A stretch of DNA of 63,033 bases from contig NC_057735.1 of NCBI RefSeq assembly GCF_004010195.1, positions 2,803,941 to 2,866,973 on the forward strand, in the 5' to 3' direction. Both the position numbers and the translations under genes were made by a program. Shown here piece after piece: positions 50,641 to 63,033 of this stretch. This DNA comes from Chiloscyllium plagiosum. Taxonomy: Eukaryota. The stretch's first letter is position 1; every line of letters starts with the position of its first letter. The notes under the pieces were generated by a model. That model made no database searches, was not told the origin of the DNA, and worked only from the letters and a program-made list of their open reading frames with translations.

Positions 50641-53620
50641 TTTTGAAAATAGATTTGCCTCTGAAATGTCCTAAAAGCCAAATTATTTCCATAGCAAATG
50701 AGGATAGCCAACAAATGCTGGCCTTGCCAGTTATACCCACATCCCATTCAAGAATGAAGAAAAAAAAACCTCCGATAGTGCAGCACTCCTGCAATACTGC
50801 ACTGAAGCCTATATAAGGTACTGTCTTTTGTGTGGCTTGAGCAAACAACCTTCTGGCCCTGATGAGAGCTACAACTGGGCCAAGGCTGTATATTTGTAAC
50901 ATAACATGCTTTGACCAATGGCTGAAAAACCGACAAAGCCCTTAAAAGCCTTTAGGTTTTTCATAGTTCAACTCCCAAATGAAACTTTATACGACATATA
51001 TTACAACAGGAGTTCATTTTTCTAAAGAATCAGAACACTGTTCACACTAAACTAATGAAAAATCATTTCTGTGGCAATCCAGTGAGACTAATATTCACTC
51101 CAATTCTTGATATCACATTATTTCACAATCTGTAGGTCCAGTGATGGCATATGGCTTGATGTCTATGTAGAGTGAGGATTTGCTCAGCTGCAAGAACCAC
51201 TGTCATATTTATCAAATACAAGTTATTGATGACAGTTTAAGCTCCTTTAATGAATACAGATAAAATGAATAGTTTCACACATATAACTAACAGAACCTAA
51301 TACATAAGTCTCAAATTTAAATAAACAGATATTTAAAACAAAATGCTTGTTATAAGAGCAATAAGAGCAGAACCCTTCTTGATTAACTCATTTAAAAAGT
51401 AGACTCAAAAAGGCACAACCTGATTCACGATGTTCAAATATGACAATGGTTTAAAAGGGGTTCAAGGTTGAGGAACTGTACTTCCTAACCATTACAGCAA
51501 GCTGGGGTTTAATAGCGGTTATGAAAATTAATGCTTTATTACCTTCAGGAATCAAGAATTCTTTACACAGGAGATTAAACAGGTTAGACAAAGTCAGTGA
51601 TCCAGCAAGAACATATTGTAGAGCAGTATTAATGGCCTACAAAATCCTTCCTGTTTTGCACTCGTGTTTTCTTATATTCTACATTATAAATGGAGCAACA
51701 CAGGAAATGCAACATAACTATTGACACACAAATAAATCAGAGACTTAATCAGATTTGAACACATTAGGGAGGAAATGCAAAATGGTCCCATATTTAAATA
51801 ATGAGGATATTCTAAACATACAAGCCAACTCTTGCATCCTTAAACCTACCATGGAACAGAAACAACAATATTAGATAATTATTCGAGCGTTTATAATAAA
51901 TTAATAGATGAATGCTTTGAATTATGAATAAGTGGCTGCAGAACCAATTGTTAGTTCCATGTACATAACTGCATAGAATCATAAATTATTCACAGCTCTG
52001 ATATTACACAGGGCACAGGTGCTGATAATGTAGCCTTTTAGTGCCATCAATGTCTGAATTATTCAGATACTGGAAGCACTGAAAGTGTCTGGGAAACACA
52101 AGCTTACTGATTCTGAGCTTTAAAAGGTCTGCCATTATCCACAGCTCCAACTTTCAGGTGAGGGTTGATTCCTTTCTGAACACAAATGCCTCTTCTCGCC
52201 AATTTTTAATACATCTGTTTCAAAGAATGATTTGCAAAATAGTTAAAGTACACATTTTACTGCTGCCTGAGTTGCAAGTTGCAATTATTTCAATCTGCAC
52301 ATTTCTTTTCTATACATTTTGAAATGTCAACTCTTGGAATATGGGCACTGGTGGCAAAACAACCAGCAATTATTGTCCATCCCAAGTTCCTCTTCAGGTC
52401 ATTGTGGACTGCTTTCTTGAATCACTGGAGATCCTGTTATGGTGAAGTATTCCCGTAATGCTGTGAGGTAGGGAATTCCAGAATTTAATTTGCTGCAACA
52501 CTTACAGGCATTCATTTGGGTGCCAAAAGCCAATGCTCTAGAATTGCCTTTTGCCTTCCCCCCCACCCCACAATTCTTTTCAGGGCTTCTTTCAAAAGTC
52601 AATCTTTGATCATGCTTTCAGTTACCTTCCTCAGCATTCCTCCTACGTATTGATATTCATTTTTCTCCCAGTTTTTTTCTAATTAAATTTTATTGCATGA
52701 TGTCAGACAATAAAAATGATCTTTCTTAAATAAAGCAAAGTACTGTGAATGCAGAAAATCTGAAATAAAAACTCACTTTTCCAATACGCTGTTTTGGAAT
52801 CATTTCTTTCTCTGTCTCTTAAAAATCAGACCAGGGTTATTACTGGAATTATCCAGTCTACATTCCTTTTATTATCAGTGGGAATGTTTTAGGTGAACCT
52901 CCCCAAACACCCCCACCCCCCAACTTTTGTTTATTTATTGCCCTGTTACTAACCACATCTTTGTCATATAATCAATCCTCACCTCCACTGTATCACAGAT
53001 CTTCCCCCCAACTCGTTTTTTTTTAAACTAACATTATGTTCTGATGTCAGTTGCTGCCAAACCAGTGGTTACAGTATTTTTTGCTTTTATTGCTCTGCCT
53101 GATTTCTATACACTGACCCTTGCTAGAAATTATGCTCATGGGAGTCTGGGTAAAATAGAATCAGATTTGGATGTGATGCAATTAAACTATCTGTACAAAC
53201 TCACTACATGAAACAACTAATGGAATCTATTAGAGAACTGCTCCAGCCTCTGAAAAAAATCACAAGTCAGCACTTTCCTTTCAGGACCAATTTAAGAAAA
53301 GGGAAAGAGGGATAATGGATTTGAATTGATATCTGAAAGGGAAGTTAACTTTGCACTTGGAATGCTGATTTCGGTGGTTTTCACTTCCACTCTTCACCCT
53401 GGGTTCCAGCAAGTTGCAGAAAATGCGCCAACAAGTGCACAATGCATCACTGATTCTGTTAAAGCGGCCAGTCGTATAAACATTTAGTTCTTAGTGAGGC
53501 AGGTTTCCTTAGCTGTTCATCACAACATACAGGAAGAAATGGAGACCCAGGGAGCAACATTTCAACCAGCCTTCTCTGGGGAAGTAACAATGTACTGATG
53601 CATGGGTATGTTAAAGAAGT

Positions 53621-54162
53621 GCTTCTGCCTACTTGCGGAACGTTTCAGAGAACATCTCTGGGACACCCGGACCAACCAAGCCAACCACCCCGTGGCTCAA
53701 CACTTCAACTCTCCCTCCCACTCCACCAAGGACATGCAGATCCTTGGACTCCTCCATTGCCAGACCATAGCAACACGACGGTTGGAGGAAGAGCGCCTCA
53801 TCTTCCGCCTAGGAACCCTCCAACCACAAGGGATGAACTCAGATTTCTCCAGTTTCCTCATTTCCCCTCCCCCCACCTTGTCTCAGTCAAATCCCTCGAA
53901 CTCAGCACCGCCTTCCTAACGTGTAATCTTCTTCCTGACCTCTCCGCCCCCCACCCCACTCCGGCCTATCACCCTCACCTTGACCTCCTTCCACCTATCG
54001 CATTTCCAACGCCTCTCCCCCAAGTCCCTCCTCCCTACCTTTTATCTTAGCCTGCTGGACAAACTTTCCTCATTCCTGAAGGGCTTATGCCCGAAACGTC
54101 GATTCTCCTGCTCCTTGGATGCTGCCTGACCTGCTGCACTTTTCCAGCAACACATTTTCAGC
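53621..54162 (+). mobile_element. 5'-truncated Penelope-like element (family A): GIY-YIG endonuclease C-terminus plus pLTR
   Basis: LAERFREH..PVAQHFN..H..RRLEEERLIFRLGTLQPQGMN; exact 14-bp TSD tatgttaaagaagt at 53607-53620 and 54163-54176. Confidence 0.9.
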
Positions 54163-55118
54163 TATGTTAAAGAAGTTTCAATATACAGGAATGCTGGATT
54201 TTCAAAAGCAGTAGATAATAAAAAATTTCTTCTTCGAAACAGTTTTTCTAGATGTTTTACTGCAGATTGCAAAGGAAAAAGGAGGCTGCTTTGGCAAATT
54301 TCAACTGTTTCCAATGGTTACTCCAGATGTCTAATTACTTCCTATTGACAATGAACAACTTCCTCCAACAAGCTTACAATTGGATGTGTATAAAACACTT
54401 TAACAGCCACAGAATTGAACAAATTCATAGTAGAGAAATAGTAAATTAACACTATTTGGAATTCTAAATCTCTCGTTCACTAGCTGAAACGTCCACAACG
54501 AGACTAGACGGCCTGTTATGGTATCTTTATCTATAGAGGGTTAGTGACAGAAATAAAACAAGAGTTTTTTTTGGAAATTAATCACACCTGAGACAGTCAA
54601 CATGGTGGAAAAGAAGTTGTTTTAGAGCAAAAGTTTTACTTCAGTCAGCAATTTATTCATTGAAGCTAGCATAATAAGTCGACACATAATTTGAGAGTAT
54701 CTGGCTGAATCTATGTGGACACAAGGTCGATACCACCACACGCTAAAAATTGTTAGCGGCAACTAAAAGCTTTGAACAGTATTGCAACATTTCTGCATAC
54801 ATTTACACCAAAGAACATTCTTAGGCAATTTTCCACATTGTTAGGTAGATGCCAATGGTTGTAGGTTTATAGTGTCCTAATCAGCAGCTTCTCAAGGGTA
54901 TTTAGTAATGGGAAATAAATGATGACTTTGTTAGTGTGGCACAGATGAATTAATCAAAATTTGACAATGTTTTCTCCTTCAAGCATTGGCAAAACTATTT
55001 GAATGCTGTTTGAAGAGACAAGGTCAAGCATTGAGAATTGCAGTGTTTCAAAATACTGGGATAAGTAATTCTAATTAAGTTAGACAACTGGTGGGGGGAA
55101 AAAAAAGAGAAAACAACA

Positions 55119-55222
55119 CACGGTGGCACAGTGGTTAAGACTGCTGCCTCACAGCGCCAGAGAGTCGCCAGAGGCGGGAATTGAACCCAGGTCTCTGGCG
55201 CTGTGAGGCAGCAGTGCTAACC
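55119..55222. mobile_element. Two inverted HE1 SINE 5' heads fused into a hairpin
   Basis: 55133-55163 pairs with 55192-55222 (2 mismatches). Confidence 0.8.
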
Positions 55223-55499
55223 TGTTTGAGTAACATAAGGACACTTTGTGGAGGACTGCAATCCAACCCAAAGGACTCCTTACAAATAAACTGAGCTTTT
55301 AGCAGTGATGTGTGCAAACTTAGGACTGGTTCACATACTTGGAATCTTAGAATACCATTTGGCCCATCAAGTTAGTCTCCTCCCCTGGACAGATCCCACT
55401 TTCCTGCTCAAATCATACCTTTTTTTTTTAAAATGTAGAAACACATTCAATAGCAGAAAATAGATCATAGACCTTTCGTCCACAACTGTTTACAGAAAA

Positions 55500-58400
55500 C
55501 AATTTAACATTCTAAGCATCATTGGGGCCTCACTGGGAGTACTGAGGAACATCCCTTTCCTATGCTGAAATCCATTGAGGAAGCAGTAGCATGGCATTTT
55601 GAAAATCACAATACAATCAAGCAGAGTTAACACGAAAAAATAAGAAAGGAAAATGATGCCTGACAAATTTTAGAAGGTGTAAAGAGAAGGGTGGTTAAAA
55701 AGGGGAAATGGTAAATGCAGTGAATATGAATTTTCACTACATTTGATAATGATTCCAGACTACACAATTATCAACAGAATAATGTGTTTTTGCATATAAA
55801 TCCTAAGCTAGCATGCTGGTATAGCAAGTAATTACGAAGATAAATGGGGTCTTAGTCTTTACTGCATGGAGAATGGGATATAGAAGGCGAGGTCTTGCTA
55901 CCAATTGTACAATTGTGATCTTCAAGTTTAATTGGTTTGGAGCCAAACCAGAGAAGTTTCATTTGGTTGATCCCTGGAAGGAGGGGACTGCCTTTTGAGA
56001 CAGGTTGAGCAGTTTGCAACTATAGTCACTGCTGTTTAAATAATGAAAGATGATTGTATTGAAAAATATCAGAATCTGAGTGAATCTCAAAGAATAGATG
56101 CTGACAGGATGTTTCACTTTATGGAGGAATTTAGAGTTTCAGAACAAGGGACTATCAATTTAGAACAGATCTTCTAAAAAATTTGTTCGGGGATAGTGGG
56201 CTTTACCAGCTGCGTCAGCATTTATTGCCATCCCTAATTGGCCTAGAGAAAGTGTTGGCAAGTTGTCTTCATACACCGCTGCAGTCCATCTGGTGTAGGT
56301 AGACATGTACTACCTAGGGAGGGAGTTTCAGGATTTTGATACAGCAACAATGAAGCAATTGTGATTTATTTCCAGATGAGAATGGCGAGCGGCTTGGAGG
56401 GGAACTTGCAGGTGGTGGTTCCCAGATATCTGCTGCCCTTGTCCTTCCAGATTGCAATTGTCAAGAATTTGGAGGATGCTGTCTAACAAGCCTTGAAGAA
56501 CTGTAGTGTGTCTTAGACACTGTTTGTCTATAGTGGGAAGTGAATATTTGCAGATGTGATGTGTTCATGCAGTTACTTTGCCCCGGATGGTGTCAAACTT
56601 CCTGAGTGTTGCTGGAACTGAACTGGGGTCTTATAAACAGATGACAGGCACTGGAAGTCAAAAGGTTAGTTTATCGCTGCAGGATTCCTTGCCTCCTATC
56701 TGTTCTTGTAGCCAGTGTATTTATATGGCTAGTCCAATAAGAATTGCAAACTGCGAGAATGACAATGTTGAACTCCAAAAGGACGCCAACAAATGAGAGG
56801 AGTGGGTGAATAGATGACAAGAGATGTGACAGTTTGGTGTACTTTGGTAGGAAGAACATTGAAAGATAACATACAGTAAGGGGAACAATTCTAAAAGGGG
56901 TGCAGGTGCAGAGGGACCTGAGTTTACATGTGCACAGATCACTGAAGGTGACAGGACCAAGTAGCAAGAACAGTAATAAATAGTGTCCTTTCATTCATTA
57001 ATAGGGGCATAGAACGCAACAGCAAGGAGGTGATGTTGAACTTGTTTGCCCTCAGCTGGAGTACTGTCTACAGTTGTGGGCACTACATTAAACGAAACAA
57101 GTGAATGCACTGGAGAATCAGATCAATTTACAAGAATGGTTCCAGCAGTGAGAAACTTTAGTTATGAAGATAGATTGAAGTAGGTGGGACTGTTTTTGGA
57201 GAGAAGGCAATGATAGGAATTTGATAGAAGCTTTCATAATCATGAATGGACTGGACAGAAGGGGAGAGAAACTGTTCCTACTGGCAAAAGGAACAAGAAT
57301 GTGAGGGCATAGACGTAAAATGATGTGCAAAAGAATCAAGGGTGATGTCAGAAAAACCATTTTCACTTGGGGGTAGTCAGGGTCTGGAAGGTACTGTCTG
57401 GAAGTGTGATGGAGGCGAGTTCAATTGAGGAGGAGAAAGTGAGGTCGGCAGATGCTGGAGATCAGAGTTGAGAGTGTGTTGCTAGAAAAGCACAGCAGGT
57501 CAGGCAGCATCCGAGCAGCAGGCGAATCGATGTTTCGGGCCGGAGCCCTTCATCAGGAATCTCCAAATGTCGATTCTCCTGCTGCTCGGATGCTGCCTGA
57601 TCTGCAAGTTCGATTCAGACATTCAAGAGGACACTGGTTGGTTATTTGGACAGTAGTAGTGTGCAAGGGATGGGGAAAAGCAGGAAGTTAGCATTACATA
57701 ATGATAATATAAACAAAGAAAATAGGAGCAGGAATAGGCCATTTGGCCCTTTGAACCTGATCCAACATTTAATATGATCATGGCTGATCATCTAATTCAG
57801 TTTCCTGCTCCTGCTTTCTACTCATATCAGCTCTGTTGCATTACCTTGAATTTACTCAAGTGCCCTGTCATTACGTAACAATAGCTTCTACTACTTTTCC
57901 TTTGACAGGTGTTAAAATAACTGGCCTGTAATTTCTTGCTTTCTACCTCTCTTCTTTTTCAAATAATGGAGATACATTGACTGTTTTCTAATATAAAATG
58001 ACCTTTCCCGAATCTGATAAGTTTTGGAGAATTAAAGAAAACACATCAAGCATCTTATGGGCTGCTATTTTAAGATGAAATCCATTAGGACCTGGGGACT
58101 TGTCAATTTGCCTTTTCAACAACTTACTCAGTACTACTTTCCTGGTTATTTTGAGTTGCCTCTGCACTTTCAATTCCTGATTTACAGTTATTTCCAGGAT
58201 GTTACTCATATTGTCTCTAGTGAAGACTGACTCAAAACGTTTGTTCAATTTGTTTGCCATCTCCTTCCTATCCATTCCTAATTCCCCAGATTCATTTTAT
58301 ATGGACTGACACTTACTTTGTTAACTTCTTTTAATTCATGTGAATACACTTTTTCTATGTATTCTTATATTTTTGACTAACTTCCATTAGAACTTTTAAC

Positions 58401-58750
58401 TTTTTTTTTGTTTTTCTTTAATATTCAGTCCATTCTCCTGACCGGCCACCTATATTTGCACAATGATGTCTTTTTTTGGAGTCTTAATCTAAACTGCCAG
58501 CTGACTCTTGCTCACTCTGCTTTCATGCCCTCATAATTGCTCATGTTTAAATTAAAATAGTAGTCTTGGACTCTCACTTTTCTCCCTTAAACAGAAATAT
58601 TTTGATCACTGCTACCCAAGGGTGCTTTCACTGTGAGGTCAGTAATTAAGCCTATCTCGTTGGTCAAAACCCCCATTCTCTGGTTTGTGCTATAACATGT
58701 TGGTCTGAGAAACTTTCCTGAAAACATTCAATCAATTCCTCATCTCCACT
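55500..58750. mobile_element. Cluster of decayed LINE fragments in both orientations
   Basis: CR1 motifs (QRDLSLHVH, QLEYCLQLW, DKSPGPNGFH) and second-family LINE tail. Confidence 0.7.
57430..57605. mobile_element. Partly palindromic PLE family A cassette in CR1
   Basis: Minus strand CTGATGAAGGGCTCCGGCCCGAAACATCGA; short inverted arm; degenerate TSD agttc(a/g)att(g/c)ag. Confidence 0.75.
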
Positions 58751-59844
58751 GCTTTTACTCATCTCGTACATGAGAAGTTTCCATCCAAATCACTCACCAT
58801 CCTGATTTTAAATTTTTTTGTTGTTTGTTCGGTTTTACTGGATCAAAATACTGGAAATCCCTCCCTGACAGCATTGAGAGCTCATCCATACCACATGTAC
58901 TCAAAATCAACAGCTCACCACCTTCTCTAGTGTAACCAGGGAAGGGCAAGACATGACTATCATTGCCCACTGGCCATAAACAAACTTAAAAAGAATATTT
59001 CCCACATTTTGCCCCCTTGTTACCCTCAGTACTTCATCCAAGTGATGTCAAAATGAAATGAATTCCTTACATCAGAGACCAGAGGGGCTGGGCTATGAAA
59101 TATGTTCAAGGTCAAGTCAGACAGGTCTTGATGTACAAAGAAGCAGAAGGTTTAAAAGGAGGAAGAAGGTAGGCAGTGAAATGGAGTTAAGACCAGGATT
59201 AGATCTGCCAATTTCTTATTTAATGGTTCAGCAGGTGCATTCAATCTAATTGCGTACTACTTATCTTACGTTCCATATTGAATTCCTCCAATCACATAAT
59301 TCTTTTGACATTGTGCTCTAATTTTGGACTTGAGCACAACAGAAATGTGCCTTCAGCTTAGCAGTCATGGCTATAAACTCAAATTCCCTCCCTAAACCTT
59401 TGTGTATCTATCTCACTCTCACACACTTTCTCTGTTTACTCAAGCTAACTGACCAAGCTAATTATTGTGTCCTACTACCTCATGTATCAACTTTTGGATT
59501 CTAATGAACTTGCCAAGTGTAGATGATTTTTGTTACACTAAACGCACCACACTAATACAACTTGTTAGTTGATTTGATATCCCTACTGTATTTGCTTAAT
59601 TGTGAAGGAAGTACCTTTTTTTAAAAAATGGAGAGAAAACGGTTTAATTAATGAAATCTTGCCAGAAACCCAAGCCCAAAGTTAACCTGTAGCAGGGTAA
59701 GCTACTTTACTTTCAAGCTAAAAATATCAAGACACACTCAAAAGCGGTTTACCAATAAGAGTTTACAAAGCACCATTACTAAAGTCAATACGTAAATTTG
59801 GTGCAGTGCTAAGGATAAAAACAGAGAGACATTCATATTCAATC

Positions 59845-60255
59845 TAAGTATTGCGTGCAATTCTAGTCTCCTTCCTATCGGAAAGATGTTGTGAAACTTG
59901 AAAGGGTTTAGAAAAGATTTACAAGGATGTTGCCAGGGTTGGAGGATCTGAGCTACAGGGAGAGGCTGAATAGGCTGGGGCTGTTTTCCCTGGAGCATTG
60001 GAGGCTGAGGGGTGACCTTATAGAGGTTTACAAAATTATGAGGGGCATGGATAGAATAAATAGACAAAGTCTTTTCCCCGGGGTCGGACAGTCCAGAACT
60101 ACAGGTCATAGGTTTAGAGTGAGAGGGGAAAGATAAAGAGAGACCTACGGGGCAACCTTTTCACACAGAGGGTAGTACATGTATGGAATGAGCTGCCAGA
60201 GGATGTGGTGGAGGCTGGTACAATTGCAACATTTAAGAGGCATTTGGATGGGTAT
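59845..60255 (+). mobile_element. CR1/HER1 LINE 3' fragment, cut by a short PLE piece (60256-60310)
   Basis: [38 protein letters not shown]. Confidence 0.9.
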
Positions 60256-60479
60256 TGTCGAGTGTGTGGTGCTGGAAAAGCACAGCAGGTCAAGCAGCAG
60301 AGGAGCAGGAATATCCAAACTAGGTCAAAATAATCCACAAACTAAGCACTCAACATCATGCAGGAACTGATTAGTTCCAGTCCCAATTTGAAAACAAAAC
60401 AGCAATCTAGATACTGTAATTAGAAGAAAGCCTCCCACATGCTTTGTTAAGTGAGTTCAGGCAAGTTTCCTCATGCAGT

Positions 60480-62028
60480 ATACAAAGGGTCCTACTCAGG
60501 AAAGGGCTAAACTCGACTTATCCTTGGGAAATAGGGCAGGACAGGAGACTGAAGTGACAGGGGGGAGAAACGGGACACTTTGGGACCAGTGACCATAGTT
60601 CTATTAATTTTACAATATTTGTGGAGAGGGACAAAGTTGGTCCTCACATTCAAGTTCTAAACTTGGGCAAAGTGAACTTTGATGGAATTAGACCGGAACT
60701 TACAGGGGTTGATTGGAATAGTTTGTTGCAGGCAAAGGGACCTCCAGCAGATGGGGTGCCTTTAAAAGCGAGATAGCTACAGTTCAAGGTCTATATGTTC
60801 CTGTGAGCGTAAAAGGCAATGTTGACAGGAAGAAGGAAACCTGGAGAACAAGAGATTGAGGCTTTGACCAGAAAAATGGTGGTATGGCTCAGGTACTGGC
60901 TGCTGGGATCGAGGGAATGCCTCGAGGTATATAGGAGATACAGGAGTTTACTGAAGAAGGAAATTAGGAGGGCACAAAGGGGCATAAGATAGCCTTGGCT
61001 GAGAAGATTAGGGTGACTCGAAAGAGGTTCTTCAAGAATATTAAAGAAAAAATAACTAGAGAGAGAGAAAATAAGGCCCCTCAAGGACCAAAGCGGACAT
61101 GTATGTGTCAAACTGCAGGAGATGGGAGAGGTCCTCAATGAATATTTTACCATGGAGAAAGACACGGGAACTTGGGGGAGTTAGTAGTCATATCTTGGGG
61201 ACAGAACATATCACAGTAGAGATGGTGTTGGATATATTACAATGTATGAAGGTGTATAAATCTCCTGGCCCTGACCAGATATATCCAAGAACACTGCAAG
61301 AAGTTAGAGAAGAAATTGCAGGGGCCCTGGCTGACATTTCTGCATCATTAGGCATGGGTGAGGTCCCAGTAGTGAATGTTGTGCCCTTACTCAAGAAGGG
61401 CTGCAAAGAAAACTTGGGAACTATGCTGCATATCTCTATGACTCTAAGTACTATAGACCAGTAAGCCTAACATCTGTGGTAGGTAAGTTACTTGAGAAAA
61501 TTCTGAGATAAGGTATACATGCTTTTGTAAAGACAAGCTTTGATTAGAAATAGTCAGCATGGCTTTGAGCGTGGGAGATCATGCCTCACAAATTTGTTAA
61601 AGAGTTCTTTGATGAAGTGACCAGCAAGGTTGATGAGGGCAGGGCGGTAAATGTAGTCGATATGAACTTCAGTAAGGCCTTTCATAAGGTTCTACATGGT
61701 AGGCTGCTCTGCAAGGTGAGATTACATGGAATCCAGGGTGAGCTGGGAAATTAGATACACAATTGGCTTGATGGTAGGAAGCAAAGGGTAATAGTGGAAG
61801 GATGTCTGTCGGATTGGAGGCCTGTGACTAGTGGAGTGCCTCGGGGGTCAGTGCTGGGCCCATTGCTGTTTGTTATCTATATCAATGATTTGGATGAGAA
61901 TGTCCAAGACATGATTAATAAGTTTGCAGATGACACTAAAATAGGCGGTATCGCGTACAGTGAGGAAGGTTATCATAAATTGTAACAAGACCTTGATCAG
62001 CTGGGTAAGTGGGCCGAGAAATGGCAAA
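60480..62028 (+). pseudogene. Disrupted CR1 ORF2 (endonuclease C-terminus to reverse transcriptase)
   Basis: [44 protein letters not shown] motifs with frameshifts and stops. Confidence 0.9.
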
Positions 62029-62415
62029 TGGCCACAAAAAGACATGACCCACTCTTACTACTATCCTTACATACGGATGAGGAAGAACACCACTTCGACT
62101 GGGACAACACATCTATCCTAGGACAAGCCAAACACAAACACGTACGAGAATTGCTAGAAGGATGGCATTCCTACCAGAACTCTATCTACAAACACATTGA
62201 CTTGGATCCCATTTACACTGCCTAAGAAAAAGAACTGGAAATGACATCACCATAGGAAATGACATCATCACAAGGAAACCCGAACATATAAATAGAAAGC
62301 GGGCTACACCACCAGTACTTCATCCGGAGGCTCACTGAAGATGTTATCTAGTATGTTGACGAAATGTCTGAAAACGAAGTTTCCAGCTCAACGAGCAAAC
62401 CTACACCCAGAACAT
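62029..62415 (+). mobile_element. Penelope/Poseidon-type PLE fragment: GIY-YIG C-terminus plus hammerhead
   Basis: HHFDWDNTSILGQAKHKHVRELLEGWHS; CA CTGAAGA TGTTATC TAGTAT GTTGAC GAAA TGTC TG at 62333-62370. Confidence 0.8.
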
Positions 62416-62819
62416 TAATGACCAATTGGCTCAGTGCTAGCACCCTTACTGAGCTCCCATACCATCTTAGGTGGTTGTAAGAGCTATGCATTATGCAAAG
62501 AGCAGAAGAGGTCTCTCTAGTGGTCTTGCTAACATTTATTGCCCCTATCATCAATATTTCAGAGCTGTATGCCAGAGACTGCAGTGCACAAACTAACTTT
62601 TACAGTTCTCACATTGCAACAGGGACAATGCTTCAAAATATTTTATTGGCTGTGAAGCATCTGGGGGAAACAAAGAAAGACAGACCACTAACAAGTCCTC
62701 ATGTTGCTGTTATAACACACATGTAATCTTTATCATTTTGAAGGTGGCATACACTAATATTCATTGTCAAAAAGGCAAATTCAACTTGTAATGTACTTAG
62801 GTTACCTTTATTTTTAATA

Positions 62820-63033
62820 AGGTAAAAACAATGACTGCAGATGCTGGAAACCAGATTCTGGATTAGAGGTGATGGAAAAGCACAGCAGTCAGGCAGCATT
62901 CGAGGTGCAGTAAAATCGACATTTCGGGCAAAAGCCCTTCATCAGGAATACAGGCAGAGAGCCTGAAGCGTGGAGAGATAAATGAGAGGAAGGTGGGGGT
63001 GTGGAGAAAGTAGCATAGAGTACAATAGGTGAG
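62820..63033 (-). mobile_element. PLE family A-related 3' end with hammerhead core (runs off the window)
   Basis: Minus strand CTGATGAAGGGCTTTTGCCCGAAATGTCGA; similar to 19141-19404. Confidence 0.8.

Noticed and set aside
44685-63033. Search for LRIG2 exon 1 or a CpG-island promoter
   Set aside because: No signal peptide/LRRNT exon or CpG island seen; the region is intron 1 and exon 1 lies beyond the window.
1-63033. CRISPR array or prokaryotic system
   Set aside because: No regularly spaced repeat-spacer array or operon; the sequence is vertebrate intron-exon DNA with dispersed repeats.

Overview
Vertebrate genomic DNA, almost certainly from a cartilaginous fish. HE1-type V-SINEs, HER1/CR1 LINEs and shark-type Penelope-like elements point to a shark; the genus cannot be fixed from sequence alone. 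The window holds most of one minus-strand gene, LRIG2. I reconstructed 18 coding exons (numbered 2-19, assuming one upstream exon outside the window) from 44684 down to the stop at 6036, all with GT-AG boundaries and consistent phases: 3127 coding nt covering LRRs, LRRCT, three Ig domains, TM and cytoplasmic tail. A probable ~4.6 kb 3'UTR ends at an AATAAA near 1426 and carries two let-7 sites. One 159-nt frame-preserving cytoplasmic exon (12789-12947) has no counterpart in human LRIG2 as I recall it. Introns are dense with CR1 fragments, HE1 SINEs, a Tigger-like MITE and a probable solo LTR. They also carry many Penelope-like element (PLE) termini with minimal hammerhead-ribozyme cores, often as short palindromic cassettes with ~11-19 bp target-site duplications (TSDs). 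A 102-bp-arm hairpin of apparently unique host DNA with an 18-bp direct duplication (39756-39990) has similar geometry. Exon coordinates are hand-derived to the base; repeat boundaries are approximate.
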